The translations under genes were made by a program, and so were the position numbers. From contig CAVUCU010000001.1 of assembly GCA_963740085.1 (NCBI GenBank), positions 1,536,001 through 1,600,000 on the forward strand: a stretch of DNA of 64,000 bases. Reading direction: 5' to 3'. Source of the DNA: Nitrospirota bacterium (lineage in GTDB: Bacteria; Nitrospirota; UBA9217). Positions 1-9,838 of this stretch are shown in pieces. Below the pieces are notes generated by a model. The model was given only the letters and a program-made list of their open reading frames with translations, had not been told where the DNA came from and ran no database searches. Each line of letters begins with the position of its first letter. The stretch's first letter is position 1.

Positions 1-222
1 GCCGCAGCGCTTATTCCGATCGCGCTCGAAGATTTAAAAAAGGGTCCGCGCGTTGTTCAGAAGATCGTGCGGTATAAAAAAAATGCTGCGCCCGGCGACA
101 CGTTGATCGCAAAAGTCAAGCTCAACGGAAGGCGGGCCAAGTTTATTATGTTTTCAGCCGAAATACGGAATCAGAACAACGAGATCGTCGCTGAGTACGA
201 GAAAATCATCGGGGCGATATAA
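1..222 (+). CDS. partial hotdog-fold (thioesterase/FabZ-like) protein, 3' end
   Basis: Open frame from window edge to TAA at 220-222: ...VRYKKNAAPGDTLIAKVKLNGRRAKFIMFSAEIRNQNNEIVAE..., a typical hotdog-fold C-terminal pattern. Confidence 0.5.
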   Translation, partial: AAALIPIALEDLKKGPRVVQKIVRYKKNAAPGDTLIAKVKLNGRRAKFIMFSAEIRNQNNEIVAEYEKIIGAI

Positions 223-303
223 AAGGGCATCGACCGGATCGGCGGCGATTTTAATGTGTCGAAAATTAAAGACCGGTCGGACGATAAGAAGAGGTAATGG
301 TTT

Positions 304-714
304 ATGACTGAAGACCGAAGGAGAGGGTCATCGACCGAAGGTTCTCCGGACGATCATATTGAAAAAAGACGCGAAAAAAGATTCGACGTTCCCGATGTCT
401 GCCGGCAGGATATCAGGTTACAGGTAAAGAGCGGCGATGCGTTCGTTCCTGCCACTCTTGCCAACGTTAGCCGTAATGGCGTTCTCTTCAAGTGTCCCGC
501 ATCGTTCAGCAAGGAAACGCAGACAGAATGCATCCTGTCGATTTCTTTGCTGCAGTCCCGGGAAATATCATTCGTTATTCAGATCAAGTATTCCTATGCG
601 GACAATGGATCCCATACTACGGGAGCTTCTATTGTTTCGATTTCAGATGAAGTATGGTTTGGTGTTTTTGTTGAAGTGCATGCTTTGGCCGTGCTGCGCA
701 AGGGCTCCGCATAG
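304..714 (+). CDS. PilZ-domain protein
   Basis: RxxxR (KRREKRF) plus (D/N)xSxxG (NVSRNG) c-di-GMP-binding motifs; GAGG RBS upstream. Confidence 0.7.
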   Translation: MTEDRRRGSSTEGSPDDHIEKRREKRFDVPDVCRQDIRLQVKSGDAFVPATLANVSRNGVLFKCPASFSKETQTECILSISLLQSREISFVIQIKYSYADNGSHTTGASIVSISDEVWFGVFVEVHALAVLRKGSA

Positions 715-873
715 CACCTTTATAGGGGAACCCGTTTCGTCGTGCCTCAAAACCGGCCATGCAGCCGTTCAGAATGGCATGCGCTCTTTTCATCTTCGCT
801 ATGCCCTGCTCGTCCACAGCCGCCTTGAAAATTTCACTTTGTCATTTTCCGAAGAAATGCTATAGTTCCTGCC

Positions 874-2118
874 ATGACTGATTCGAAGGCCTCGCGTCTT
901 CCTTTTCATTATGGCTGGGTCATAGTCGTAACCGGCATGCTCTGCATCTTTGCCTGCCTCGGATTCGGCCGCTTTGCGCTCGGCATGCTGCTCCCGTCCA
1001 TGGCATCGACCCTCAAGCTCTCCTACTCACAGATCGGCTTCATCAGCACGGGCAATTTTATCGGTTATCTCGCGTCAGTCCTGTTCTGCGGCCACGTCGC
1101 GCGCCGCATCGGGTCCCGCCGGTTGATCGCGATCGCGCTCGTCATTATCGGCGTTTCCATGGCGCTGATCAGCCGGGCCGGGAGCTTCGTTGCGATCCTC
1201 ACGCTCTATTTCGTCACGGGCATTGGAAGCGGCGCAGCGAACGTACCGGTGATGGGGCTCATCACCGCATGGTTCGACCGCACGATCAGGGGAAGGGCTG
1301 CCGGGTTCGTCGTGATCGGCAGCGGGTTCGCGATCATCATCTCCGGCAAGCTCATCCCTTTTGTGAACAGGTTGATCGGCCCCGAGGGATGGCGGACGAA
1401 CTGGCTGATTCTCGCCGGGATCGTACTCGCCATCGCTTATATCAGTTATTTTTATCTGCGAAACAAGCCGGAGGACCTGGGACTGCAACCGCTGGGCAGC
1501 GAAGGCAGGTTTCTCACGCCCGTTCTTCAGGAACACGCGGCGGTCCAGAGCATCTACAGGAACAAGATCCTTTATCTGCTCGGTTCTATCTACTTTCTCT
1601 TCGGCTACACGTACGTGATCTACGCCACCTTCATCGTGACCGCGCTGGTAAAGGAACGGGGGTTCTCGGAAACCATCGCCGGCAATTTTTGGTCCTGGGT
1701 GGGGCTCTTGAGCCTCGTCTCCGGCCCGGTGTTCGGCACGCTTTCGGACCGGCTTGGAAGAAAGTCCGGGCTCATGATCGTGTTCTCGTTCCAGGCGCTG
1801 GCGTATCTCATGGTTGCGGCGAACCTGCCGCCGCTCTTCCTCTATCTTTCGATCGGATTCTACGGCATCGTGGCATGGTCCATCCCGTCGATCATGGTAG
1901 CGGCGGTGAGCGAATACGTCGGTGTCGACAAGGCCCTCGCCGCCTTCGGCTTCATTACGTTCATCTTCGGCCTCGGCCAGATCGCCGGCCCCTCGATCGC
2001 AGGCGTCCTGGCCGAACGGACCGGCAGCTTCTCGTCCAGCTTCTTCATGGCAGCGGTCTTTGCCGGCGCAGCGATCCTCCTTGCCGGTTTTCTGAAAAAA
2101 CCCCGGCTCACAGAGTAA
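874..2118 (+). CDS. MFS transporter (YbfB/YjiJ-like)
   Basis: 414 aa, about 12 hydrophobic segments, GFGRFALGMLLP N-terminus, GTLSDRLGRK MFS loop motif. Confidence 0.85.
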   Translation: MTDSKASRLPFHYGWVIVVTGMLCIFACLGFGRFALGMLLPSMASTLKLSYSQIGFISTGNFIGYLASVLFCGHVARRIGSRRLIAIALVIIGVSMALISRAGSFVAILTLYFVTGIGSGAANVPVMGLITAWFDRTIRGRAAGFVVIGSGFAIIISGKLIPFVNRLIGPEGWRTNWLILAGIVLAIAYISYFYLRNKPEDLGLQPLGSEGRFLTPVLQEHAAVQSIYRNKILYLLGSIYFLFGYTYVIYATFIVTALVKERGFSETIAGNFWSWVGLLSLVSGPVFGTLSDRLGRKSGLMIVFSFQALAYLMVAANLPPLFLYLSIGFYGIVAWSIPSIMVAAVSEYVGVDKALAAFGFITFIFGLGQIAGPSIAGVLAERTGSFSSSFFMAAVFAGAAILLAGFLKKPRLTE

Positions 2119-2218
2119 TGTCGCGTTTTTCATAAAAAATCATTGACCCACCTTGTCAGGAGTCACCCGGGAACTGAGCTATAATCAAAATATTCCGCCC
2201 GGGATAAGGAGGATAACC

Positions 2219-2794
2219 ATGAGCAAGATCACGATAGAGAAGAAGCTGTTCTGTCTGCCCTGGACCCAGACGCTCCTGGGCACCCATTTCCAGGGCAGAG
2301 TCAACTTCATGGCCCTGGATTGGCTGACCCGAACGAATTATGACCCGGCTATGCTTGGTATCTGCGTCAGCAACGGACATGCCTCGAACCTGGCCATCCG
2401 GGAAACAAGCCAGTTCAGCGTCAATGTGCCGACGGTGGACATGGTCGAGGTGACCGATTACTGCGGTATCGCCTCAGGAAAGAAGGATGACAAGTCGAAA
2501 CTCTTCGAGGTCTTCTACGGTGAGCTTGCGGCAGCACCGCTGATCACGGCCTGCCCGCTGAATATCGAATGCCGGGTCGTCCAGGCCGTGAACCTTCCGA
2601 CCAACACCTTCTTCATCGCGGAGATCGTCTCGATCTTCTCCGAGGAGAAATACCTCACCGGGAACAAACCTGATGTGAAGAAGATAAGGCCCTTTCTGCT
2701 GACCATGCCCGACAACCGCTTCTGGTCCGTGGGAGAACCTGTAGGGACTGCGTGGAGGGACGGCGCCAAGTTTCGCGAGAAACATGCCTTGTGA
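2219..2794 (+). CDS. flavin reductase family protein (flavoredoxin-like)
   Basis: NFM..W, FSVNVP, DYCGIASG..DK, CPLNIECRV motifs; AGGAGG RBS before ATG 2219. Confidence 0.8.
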   Translation: MSKITIEKKLFCLPWTQTLLGTHFQGRVNFMALDWLTRTNYDPAMLGICVSNGHASNLAIRETSQFSVNVPTVDMVEVTDYCGIASGKKDDKSKLFEVFYGELAAAPLITACPLNIECRVVQAVNLPTNTFFIAEIVSIFSEEKYLTGNKPDVKKIRPFLLTMPDNRFWSVGEPVGTAWRDGAKFREKHAL

Positions 2795-2812
2795 AAAAGC
2801 AAAGCAGCAAGT

Positions 2813-3907
2813 TCATCTCCTGGCTCGCTGGTACTGCACCGGCCAGGGCAGATCAACACCCAGAACGCTCGCCGCTTCGAGCGGCCAGTACGGTTTGCGA
2901 AGCATCTCGCGCGCGAGCATCACCGCATCGGCAAGGCCTGTGGCAATGATCTGCTCGGCCTGGATCGGATCGGTGATGAAGCCGACCGCGCCCGTGGCGA
3001 TCTTCACTTCCTGCCGGATCGCGGTGGCAAACGGGGTCTGGAAGCCGGGGCCCGTGGGAATAACCGTATGGGGCACGGTTCCGCCTCCGGAACAGTCAAT
3101 GAGATCGATGCCGATGGCCTTCAGCTGCCGGCAAAGTTCCATGGACTGCACCAGGTCCCATCCTCCGTCAACCCAGTCAGTGGCGGAGATGCGTACGAAG
3201 ACCGGCAGGTTCCCGGGCCAGACGTCTCTCACCGCGCGGGCAATACTCAGGGGAAATCGCATGCGGTTCTCCAAACTCCCGCCGTATTCGTCCTTCCTGC
3301 GGTTCGTGAGTGGAGACAGGAACTCGTGCAGCAGGTAGCCGTGCGCCATGTGGATCTCCAGGACCTGAAAACCGGCGGCATATGCACGCCGGGCCCCGTC
3401 AACAAACTGCGTGTGAATGGTCTCAAGATCTTCCCCCGTCGCCTCGCGGGGCACGGGGTGGCCCGGAGCAAAGGGAATCGGGCTCGGCGCGATCGGTTGC
3501 CAGCCGCGATGCGACGGCGCCAGCGGCCCTCCTCCCAGCCACGGGAGATCAGTGGAAGCCTTTCGCCCGGCATGGGCAAGTTGAATTCCTGCGGCGGCGC
3601 CCTGCTCGCGGATAAACCGGGCGCTCGGCGCAAACGCCGTGGCGTGGGCATCGCTCCATATGCCGCTGTCGTCGGGGCTGATCCTGCCTTGCGGACTCAC
3701 CGCGGTCGCCTCGACCATGACCAGACCTGCGCCGCCTACGGCGCGGCTTCCCAAATGGACGAGGTGCCAGCTGGTAGGCAGACCGTCGCGGCTCGAATAC
3801 TGGCACATGGGAGAAACGAAGATCCGGTTCCGGAAGGTAAGGTCACGCAATTTCAGCGTTGAGAACAGACGACTGATCAAGAGCTCCTCCTCGGGAGGAA
3901 GCACCAT
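2813..3907 (-). CDS. NADH:flavin oxidoreductase / old yellow enzyme (NamA/YqjM-like)
   Basis: NRIFVSPMCQYS, QLAHAGRKAS, HMAHGYLLHEFLSP..N.R.DEYGGS, terminal QY.R; start codon uncertain. Confidence 0.9.
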   Translation of the reverse strand: MVLPPEEELLISRLFSTLKLRDLTFRNRIFVSPMCQYSSRDGLPTSWHLVHLGSRAVGGAGLVMVEATAVSPQGRISPDDSGIWSDAHATAFAPSARFIREQGAAAGIQLAHAGRKASTDLPWLGGGPLAPSHRGWQPIAPSPIPFAPGHPVPREATGEDLETIHTQFVDGARRAYAAGFQVLEIHMAHGYLLHEFLSPLTNRRKDEYGGSLENRMRFPLSIARAVRDVWPGNLPVFVRISATDWVDGGWDLVQSMELCRQLKAIGIDLIDCSGGGTVPHTVIPTGPGFQTPFATAIRQEVKIATGAVGFITDPIQAEQIIATGLADAVMLAREMLRKPYWPLEAASVLGVDLPWPVQYQRARR

Positions 3908-4017
3908 GGTATAGTACGGTTCAGCAGCATGCTCGGGGCAAGGATATTTCCGATGAACAAAGCCGCACCTTTCAAATCCGATATGTTGGTGTCCCGTCTT
4001 ATTGCTTCTGCGGCCGG

Positions 4018-4443
4018 TTATAGGAGCTTTGCCTGAAGCTTGATCTCCACGCCTGCCAGGGCCATGGACACGGGGCAGCCTTTTTTGGCGGCATCGGCCT
4101 TCTCCCGGAACGTCTTCTCGTCAATCCCCGGCACCTTGCCTTCGGTCTCCAGTTCAATTGTCGTGATCTTGAACCCCTCACCGACCTTATCGATGTGCAC
4201 CCGCGCGACCGTGTGTATGCGCTCTGCGGTATATCCTGCCGTCTCAAGGACCAGGGACAGCGCCATGGAGAAACATCCGGCATGGGCGGCTCCGATCAGC
4301 TCTTCGGGATTCGTTCCCTGCCCCTGCTCGAAACGGGACGCGGCGGAATAGCTGCCCTCATAGGCCCCGCTGCCGAACTTCATGCTCCCTTTTCCTTTTT
4401 TGAAGTTTCCTTCCCAAACTGCCTCTGCTTTGCGAACTGGCAT
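4018..4443 (-). CDS. osmC: OsmC family peroxiredoxin
   Basis: GTNPEELIGAAHAGCFSMAL and AKKGCPVS motifs. Confidence 0.9.
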   Translation of the reverse strand: MPVRKAEAVWEGNFKKGKGSMKFGSGAYEGSYSAASRFEQGQGTNPEELIGAAHAGCFSMALSLVLETAGYTAERIHTVARVHIDKVGEGFKITTIELETEGKVPGIDEKTFREKADAAKKGCPVSMALAGVEIKLQAKLL

Positions 4444-4639
4444 AACGCGCCTCCTTACGATTCTTTAATTTTCTATTAGTATAGCACCAGTGAGAAGGAA
4501 CCGTATTGAAAGAGAGTGCCCTTATTACAGCTGGGGTGTTACTCAGAGTTCGGACCTATTGTCATGCATCATCCTCTCTGTATTCCTTTGGTTTGCAATC
4601 ACGCAACTCTTATGATACTGTTAGAGACAAGGAAGGGTC

Positions 4640-5197
4640 ATGACCAATAAATCCGTTCTCATTATCGCCGCATCCACCTTGTTCTGTTCCTGCCTTTCGG
4701 CAACGCATGCCCCCTTGTCCCCCCTCGAGGTCGTATCACACGTGGAGCTTTCGCGTTATACAGGAACTTGGTATGAGATCGCGCGCTACCCGAACAGTTT
4801 TCAAAAGGACTGCATTCATTCCAACGCAGTGTATAAGCTCACGGCAGACGGCTCGGTCAGCGTGTTGAACTCATGCCAGAAAAAAGGTGTAATGAAAACC
4901 GCGGAGGGGAAGGCGCGCGTCGTTGACCCGATTACGAATGCAAAGCTGAAGGTGTCTTTTTTCTGGCCTTTCTGGGGCGACTACTGGATCATAGACCTTG
5001 GGGAAGACTATGACTACGCCGTTGTCTCCGAACCAAGAAGGAAATACCTCTGGATACTCGCCCGAGATCCCCAGATAGATGACCGACTGTATGCGGAAAT
5101 ACTTCAACGGCTCCGAGAAAAAGGTTTCGACCCCCGCCTGTTGATAAAGAACCCCGTGCCCCTCGGGTTCACTAACGGCGTTCAAGAGCATGAATAG
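4640..5197 (+). CDS. blc: lipocalin (Blc-like lipoprotein)
   Basis: RYTGTWYEIAR, KLKVSFFWPF.GDYWII, YLWILAR motifs; N-terminal signal with Cys. Confidence 0.9.
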   Translation: MTNKSVLIIAASTLFCSCLSATHAPLSPLEVVSHVELSRYTGTWYEIARYPNSFQKDCIHSNAVYKLTADGSVSVLNSCQKKGVMKTAEGKARVVDPITNAKLKVSFFWPFWGDYWIIDLGEDYDYAVVSEPRRKYLWILARDPQIDDRLYAEILQRLREKGFDPRLLIKNPVPLGFTNGVQEHE

Positions 5198-6143
5198 CGA
5201 AAAGATCAAACTCGGCATCAGCTCCTGCCTTCTTGGTGAAAAGGTCCGCTACGACGGCGGCCACAAGCTTGACCACTTTCTGACCGATACCCTTGGCGCG
5301 TACGTTGACTGGGTGCCGGTCTGCCCCGAAGTCGAGAGCGGCCTGTCGGTGCCGCGCGAGGCCATGCATCTCGTCGGCGATCCCGAGGCCCCGCGCCTCG
5401 TGACCATCCGAAGCGGCGTGGACCATACCAGCCTCATGCGCCGATGGGCGAACAAAACGGTCAAGCTTCTCGCTGCCGAGGACCTCTGCGGCTTTGTGTT
5501 CAAAAGCAGGTCCCCCAGCTCGGGCATGCGCGGCGTTAAGATCTACTCGCCGGAAGGCAGGCCTGTCAGCACAGGATCCGGCCTTTTCGCGAAGGCATTT
5601 CAGGACCGCTTCCCTCTGTTGCCGGTTGAGGACGAAGGCAGGCTCCACGATCCGGCACTCCGGGAAAACTTTATCGAACGGATCTTCGTGTATAAACGTT
5701 GGCAGGAATGCAGTTCATTGGACAAAACGATCGGTGGCCTGGTCTTGTTCCACACCTCCCATAAGCTTTTGATCATGGCACACAGCCCCAGGCACTACTC
5801 TGCCCTGGGCAAGCTCGTAGCGGACCCAAAGAAATACCGGCGTGAAGAACTGTTCGAGCGGTATGTGACAACACTGATGGAAGGTCTTCAGTTCCTTGCC
5901 ACGGTCAAAAAGAACACGAACGTGCTCCAGCATATGGCGGGATACTTCAAACAAGTGCTTTCGACGGATGAGAAGCAGGAGCTGCAGAACGTGATCGACA
6001 ATTACCACCAGGGGGTGGTGCCTCTCATCGTCCCGATGACCCTGCTGCAGCATTATGTCCGCAAATATAACGAGAGATATCTCAAACAACAGGCCTACCT
6101 GAACCCCCATCCCCTGGAGCTGATGCTCCGGAACCACGTATAG
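5190..6143 (+). CDS. DUF523/DUF1722 fusion (YbgA; TudS/RudS thiouracil desulfidase-like)
   Basis: GISSCLLGEKVRYDGGH, VCPEVE, VEDEGRL.D..LRENF, NVLQHMAGYFK, YLNPHP.EL.LRN. Confidence 0.85.
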   Translation: MNSEKIKLGISSCLLGEKVRYDGGHKLDHFLTDTLGAYVDWVPVCPEVESGLSVPREAMHLVGDPEAPRLVTIRSGVDHTSLMRRWANKTVKLLAAEDLCGFVFKSRSPSSGMRGVKIYSPEGRPVSTGSGLFAKAFQDRFPLLPVEDEGRLHDPALRENFIERIFVYKRWQECSSLDKTIGGLVLFHTSHKLLIMAHSPRHYSALGKLVADPKKYRREELFERYVTTLMEGLQFLATVKKNTNVLQHMAGYFKQVLSTDEKQELQNVIDNYHQGVVPLIVPMTLLQHYVRKYNERYLKQQAYLNPHPLELMLRNHV

Positions 6144-6242
6144 GCGCCACGGGATGCGGACACCGAACAGCATCTCTGACTGCCCTCCGCGCCTATTGGG
6201 TGGCAAAATTAGCGAACGCGATCAGCGCGAGAGGTTTGAACA

Positions 6243-6914
6243 ATGAAGGTCATTCTTTTTGGTGCTACCGGTATGGTCGGACAGGGCGTTCTGCGAGAGT
6301 GTTTTCTAAGCCCCGATGTCCAGCTGATGCAAACGATCGGGAGAAGTGCCACCGGCAGAGAACATCAGAAGCTCCGCGAGATCGTCCTCCAGAATCTGTT
6401 CGATTTTTCGGACATGGCGGCTGATCTCACGGGTTTCGACGCCTGCTTCTTCTGTCTGGGCGTTTCGTCAGCAGGCATGAAGGAGGACGATTATGAACGG
6501 GTGACGTATGGGATCACCCTTGCGGCGGCAAAGACCCTGGTGCAGCTCAATCCTGAAATGACGTTCATCTATGTATCGGGCATGGGAACAGACAGCACCG
6601 AGAAAGGCCGTATCATGTGGGCGAGGGTGAAAGGAAAAACCGAAAATGCCCTGCTACGCCTCCCCTTCAAGGCGGTATACCTGTTCCGCCCCGGATTCAT
6701 TCAGCCTCTCCATGGCACCAGGTCGAAAACAACGCTCTACCGTATGCTGTACGCGATCTCCGCACCTCTCTTTCCCTTGTTGAATGCGATCTTCCCGCAC
6801 TCTCTGACAACCACCGAGAAGATAGGACGCGCAATGATAAATGTCTCGACGCGCGGCTACCCGAAGCAAATACTCGAAACCCAGGATATCAACAAGGCCG
6901 CAACCGACCGTTAA
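6243..6914 (+). CDS. NAD(P)-binding epimerase/oxidoreductase family protein
   Basis: GATGMVG Rossmann motif, DACFFCLG, WARVKG.TEN, FRPG. Confidence 0.85.
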   Translation: MKVILFGATGMVGQGVLRECFLSPDVQLMQTIGRSATGREHQKLREIVLQNLFDFSDMAADLTGFDACFFCLGVSSAGMKEDDYERVTYGITLAAAKTLVQLNPEMTFIYVSGMGTDSTEKGRIMWARVKGKTENALLRLPFKAVYLFRPGFIQPLHGTRSKTTLYRMLYAISAPLFPLLNAIFPHSLTTTEKIGRAMINVSTRGYPKQILETQDINKAATDR

Positions 6915-7118
6915 AGGATGACGAGGTTTCCCCATACAATCGGGCGTCTGGTCAAGTTCGCGAGGTAACTGCAAATCGCAATTCCTGAATGGGAGAGAGG
7001 CTGATTTCGTTTACGATTCAGCCCCTCATTTATTTATTCTGGCTCCCTCGGAAACTCATTCATCATGATCCGGAAAACGTGCGCCTCTGGCCGGAGTGCG
7101 TCTACGCGGCGCACAATA

Positions 7119-7152
7119 GAAAAATCGGGACCCGGATAGCATGGGTCCCCAT
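7119..7152 (-). terminator. intrinsic terminator downstream of the cytochrome gene
   Basis: On the minus strand GGGACCC-loop-GGGTCCC hairpin followed by a T run. Confidence 0.55.
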
Positions 7153-7228
7153 TGTGCGTTCAATCGTAATTATTCTTAGACCGACGGTCGGACCAAACGC
7201 CGGTTCGATGATTCCCTGTTACACACGG

Positions 7229-8662
7229 TCAGGGAAGTGTTGCCAGGAAATTCGCGTAATTTTCGACAGTCGTTCCCTGTGCGAGCACCGCGCCCTGGCC
7301 CGTCATCCCGTAGACCGTCGAATACCAGTCGAAAGCGCTTCTCCCTTGAATATTATAAGTTGAACGTATATGGTCGTCCAAAAGAACTGTGCTATTCACT
7401 ATGAGATTATGGCAGGCAGTGCAGGTCTTTGTTACCTGGGCCAACGTTAGCGTCGACGGCGGTGGCGTGTAGTCGCTGCAGGACTGCAAAAGGACCGGCG
7501 TCCCAATGCATCCGGAGGGGGCTGTGGTCAGCACCGTCCGGGTCTGCATGTACAACCAGCAGGCACCCCAGTCACTATAGGTATAGATGCAGGCTTGAGG
7601 AGGAGTATATGTGCAAGCCTGGGAGACAACCGGCGTTCCGATGCAGCCGCTCGGAGCAGTTGTAAGCACGTCTCTGGTCTGTGTGTTGTTCGACTGACAG
7701 GCGCCCCACTCATCATAGGTGTATGAACAGGTGGTTGGTGATGGTGGTGGTGGTGGTGGTGATGATGGTGTCGGCGCTGATGTCAACACAGTCGCAATTG
7801 CCTGGATCTGTAATGCGAAGAGGTTCGAGAGAGAGGTCATCGTGCCCACACTCCTGATCGCCGCCTGGATCGCGGCTGCTGTTGCTCCGCCCACGGTGCT
7901 CGCGTCAAGCGGACCGTGGCAAAGACTGCAATTGCTGGTATAGAGCGCCGTTCCATCGACTGCTCCCGTCCCGCCGGGCATGTTATCAGCATTGAACGTC
8001 CCGGAGGCGATGTCGCTCATCGGGCTAGTGAAGATCACGGCCCCGGTCTGTCTGTTCGTCACAACCACCGAGCCGTTGGATGCGGTGATCTGCACGTCGT
8101 CGAACATGGCATCAAGCCCCGTGTGGTCGGCATTATAAACGTCGGTGACCGGGTTTGCAGCTGTTCCGTAACGCTCAAGGAGAGGCGCCAGCTCGCTGCG
8201 CAGGCTGTCCGAGATAGTTGCTTGTTTGGAGGCTATTTGATCAAATATATTCGGGTCCGGATTGTTGAAAAGTGCAGCGAGATCGAAAACTCCGCTGGAT
8301 GCGGCAAATACTGCATTCGAGAATGGATTGATATTCGCAGTGCCCGATCCGTTCGCAAACGAGTACAACTGATTCGTGCCTGAGCTATCCGTCCACGAAA
8401 CCGAAAGCATGAATGGTTGCGTGAGCCCGCTCGTATGGAACGAAAACGACCCATTCGCAGCTGAACTCGTCGTTATCACCCGGGAAGGGACAGCGGCGTC
8501 TTTCAGCGTAACCACCCCGGAAAGAGGAGCTCCGGAGGCCGCAACGCCCTGAATTGTCTGCGACGAATTGATCTGCGATTCAGAGTGGCCGCTGCAGCCG
8601 CTCAGCACCAGAATAAGCACTGCCACGCCTGCCATGTTCATTGTGAAAGATCTTTTTCTCAT
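7229..8662 (-). CDS. lipoprotein di-heme c-type cytochrome with Pro-rich linker and two TSP1-like Cys/Trp repeats
   Basis: Lipobox LSGC; CSLCH and CTACH heme motifs; PPPPPPP linker; two repeats C.YTY..WGAC...QTR.VLTTAPSGCIGTPV..Q.C. Confidence 0.7.
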   Translation of the reverse strand: MRKRSFTMNMAGVAVLILVLSGCSGHSESQINSSQTIQGVAASGAPLSGVVTLKDAAVPSRVITTSSAANGSFSFHTSGLTQPFMLSVSWTDSSGTNQLYSFANGSGTANINPFSNAVFAASSGVFDLAALFNNPDPNIFDQIASKQATISDSLRSELAPLLERYGTAANPVTDVYNADHTGLDAMFDDVQITASNGSVVVTNRQTGAVIFTSPMSDIASGTFNADNMPGGTGAVDGTALYTSNCSLCHGPLDASTVGGATAAAIQAAIRSVGTMTSLSNLFALQIQAIATVLTSAPTPSSPPPPPPSPTTCSYTYDEWGACQSNNTQTRDVLTTAPSGCIGTPVVSQACTYTPPQACIYTYSDWGACWLYMQTRTVLTTAPSGCIGTPVLLQSCSDYTPPPSTLTLAQVTKTCTACHNLIVNSTVLLDDHIRSTYNIQGRSAFDWYSTVYGMTGQGAVLAQGTTVENYANFLATLP

Positions 8663-8993
8663 GATTCTTTTCTCCTGATAATTTCGCCCAACCTTTTTGC
8701 AGAACATCTACAGGAAGCATCAGCCTAATCGCCGAATGCCGTTTGTTAAAATAAAGAAGAATGCTTATAATTTACATCAGTGGGTAGGCGAATTCAACAG
8801 CGAAGTGCTTGCGGGAAAAGGATAAAAAGAGAGGGTTGCCTTTAGGATGTGTTCCGGTCTGCAGCGGATCTATCACCTCATTTGTCCTGAATCATGGGAT
8901 GTCGTATATATCAAACATACTGCATGCGGTTCCGTTCGATCGTGTACACCCACCAGGTTTGCAGTGTGCCTCCTCACTATAGCCTGTACAGAG

Positions 8994-9021
8994 AAAAGCC
9001 CTCAACAGGTGAGGGCTTTTT
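8994..9021. terminator. bidirectional-type terminator downstream of tRNA-Asn
   Basis: AAAAGCCCTCA-acagg-TGAGGGCTTTTT inverted repeat. Confidence 0.7.
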
Positions 9022-9027
9022 AATTTC

Positions 9028-9103
9028 TGGCTCCCGGAGCAGGACTCGAACCTGCGGCATGGTGGTTAACAGCCACCCGCTCTACCAGCTGAGCTATCCG
9101 GGA
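9028..9103 (-). tRNA. tRNA-Asn(GTT)
   Basis: TCCCGGATAGCTCAGCTGGTAGAGC...CTGTTAA...GGTTCGAGTCC...CCA cloverleaf. Confidence 0.95.
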
Positions 9104-9191
9104 ATGATCGATATTGGGTAGGAAATCAGGCTGGAAAAATACCACATTAAGCCTGTCCTGTCAATGGATTCTTTCGTGCGAGGCCTTGTTT

Positions 9192-9788
9192 CTAGCCGCC
9201 GTCCTGGCTCTTCTTGAGCTCCATGATCACGAGCTTTGCAATCGCCTTCAGCGTGTCGAAAACACCGGTCCCGTCCACGGCACAGGCTTCGAAGTCCGGA
9301 AGACCCCGAGGGTTAAGCGCTTTTTTCATTTCTTCGAGCGGTACGACATTCGGCAGGTCCCGTTTGTTATACTGAATGACATAGGGAACTTTGTCCAGGT
9401 TATAGCCCTGCTCCGTCATGTTCAGGCGCAGGTTCTCGACGCTCTCGATATTCGCCTCCATGCGCTCGATCTGCGAGTCGGCCACGAACACAACGCCGTC
9501 CACACCCTTGAGGATCAGCTTCCGGCTCGCGTCGTAGAATACCTGGCCGGGCACGGTGTAGAGATGGAACCGTGTCTTGAAACCGCGGATCTCGCCCAGG
9601 GCGAGCGGGAGGAAATCGAAGAACAGCGTCCGCTCGGTCTCGGTAGCGAGCGAGATCATCTTCCCCTTGCTGTCGGGGTTCGTCTTCTTATAGATCCACT
9701 GCAGATTGGTCGTCTTCCCGCACAGGCCGGGGCCGTAGAAAACGATTTTGCAGTTGATCTCTCTCGACGAATAATTAATAAAAGACAT
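9192..9788 (-). CDS. mglA: MglA Ras-like small GTPase
   Basis: [49 protein letters not shown]. Confidence 0.95.
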   Translation of the reverse strand: MSFINYSSREINCKIVFYGPGLCGKTTNLQWIYKKTNPDSKGKMISLATETERTLFFDFLPLALGEIRGFKTRFHLYTVPGQVFYDASRKLILKGVDGVVFVADSQIERMEANIESVENLRLNMTEQGYNLDKVPYVIQYNKRDLPNVVPLEEMKKALNPRGLPDFEACAVDGTGVFDTLKAIAKLVIMELKKSQDGG

Positions 9789-9838
9789 GGGACGGTAATT
9801 CCTCTCCTGAATACGCTCGGGGAATATGCGAGGTTGGT

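Noticed and set aside
7731-7770. (GGT)n simple repeat
   Set aside because: Encodes the in-frame poly-Pro linker of the cytochrome.
8700-8900. Possible c-di-GMP riboswitch upstream of the cytochrome gene
   Set aside because: Only GGCAACC is present; the GGCAAAC..GAAA..GGxCGCAAAG core could not be found.
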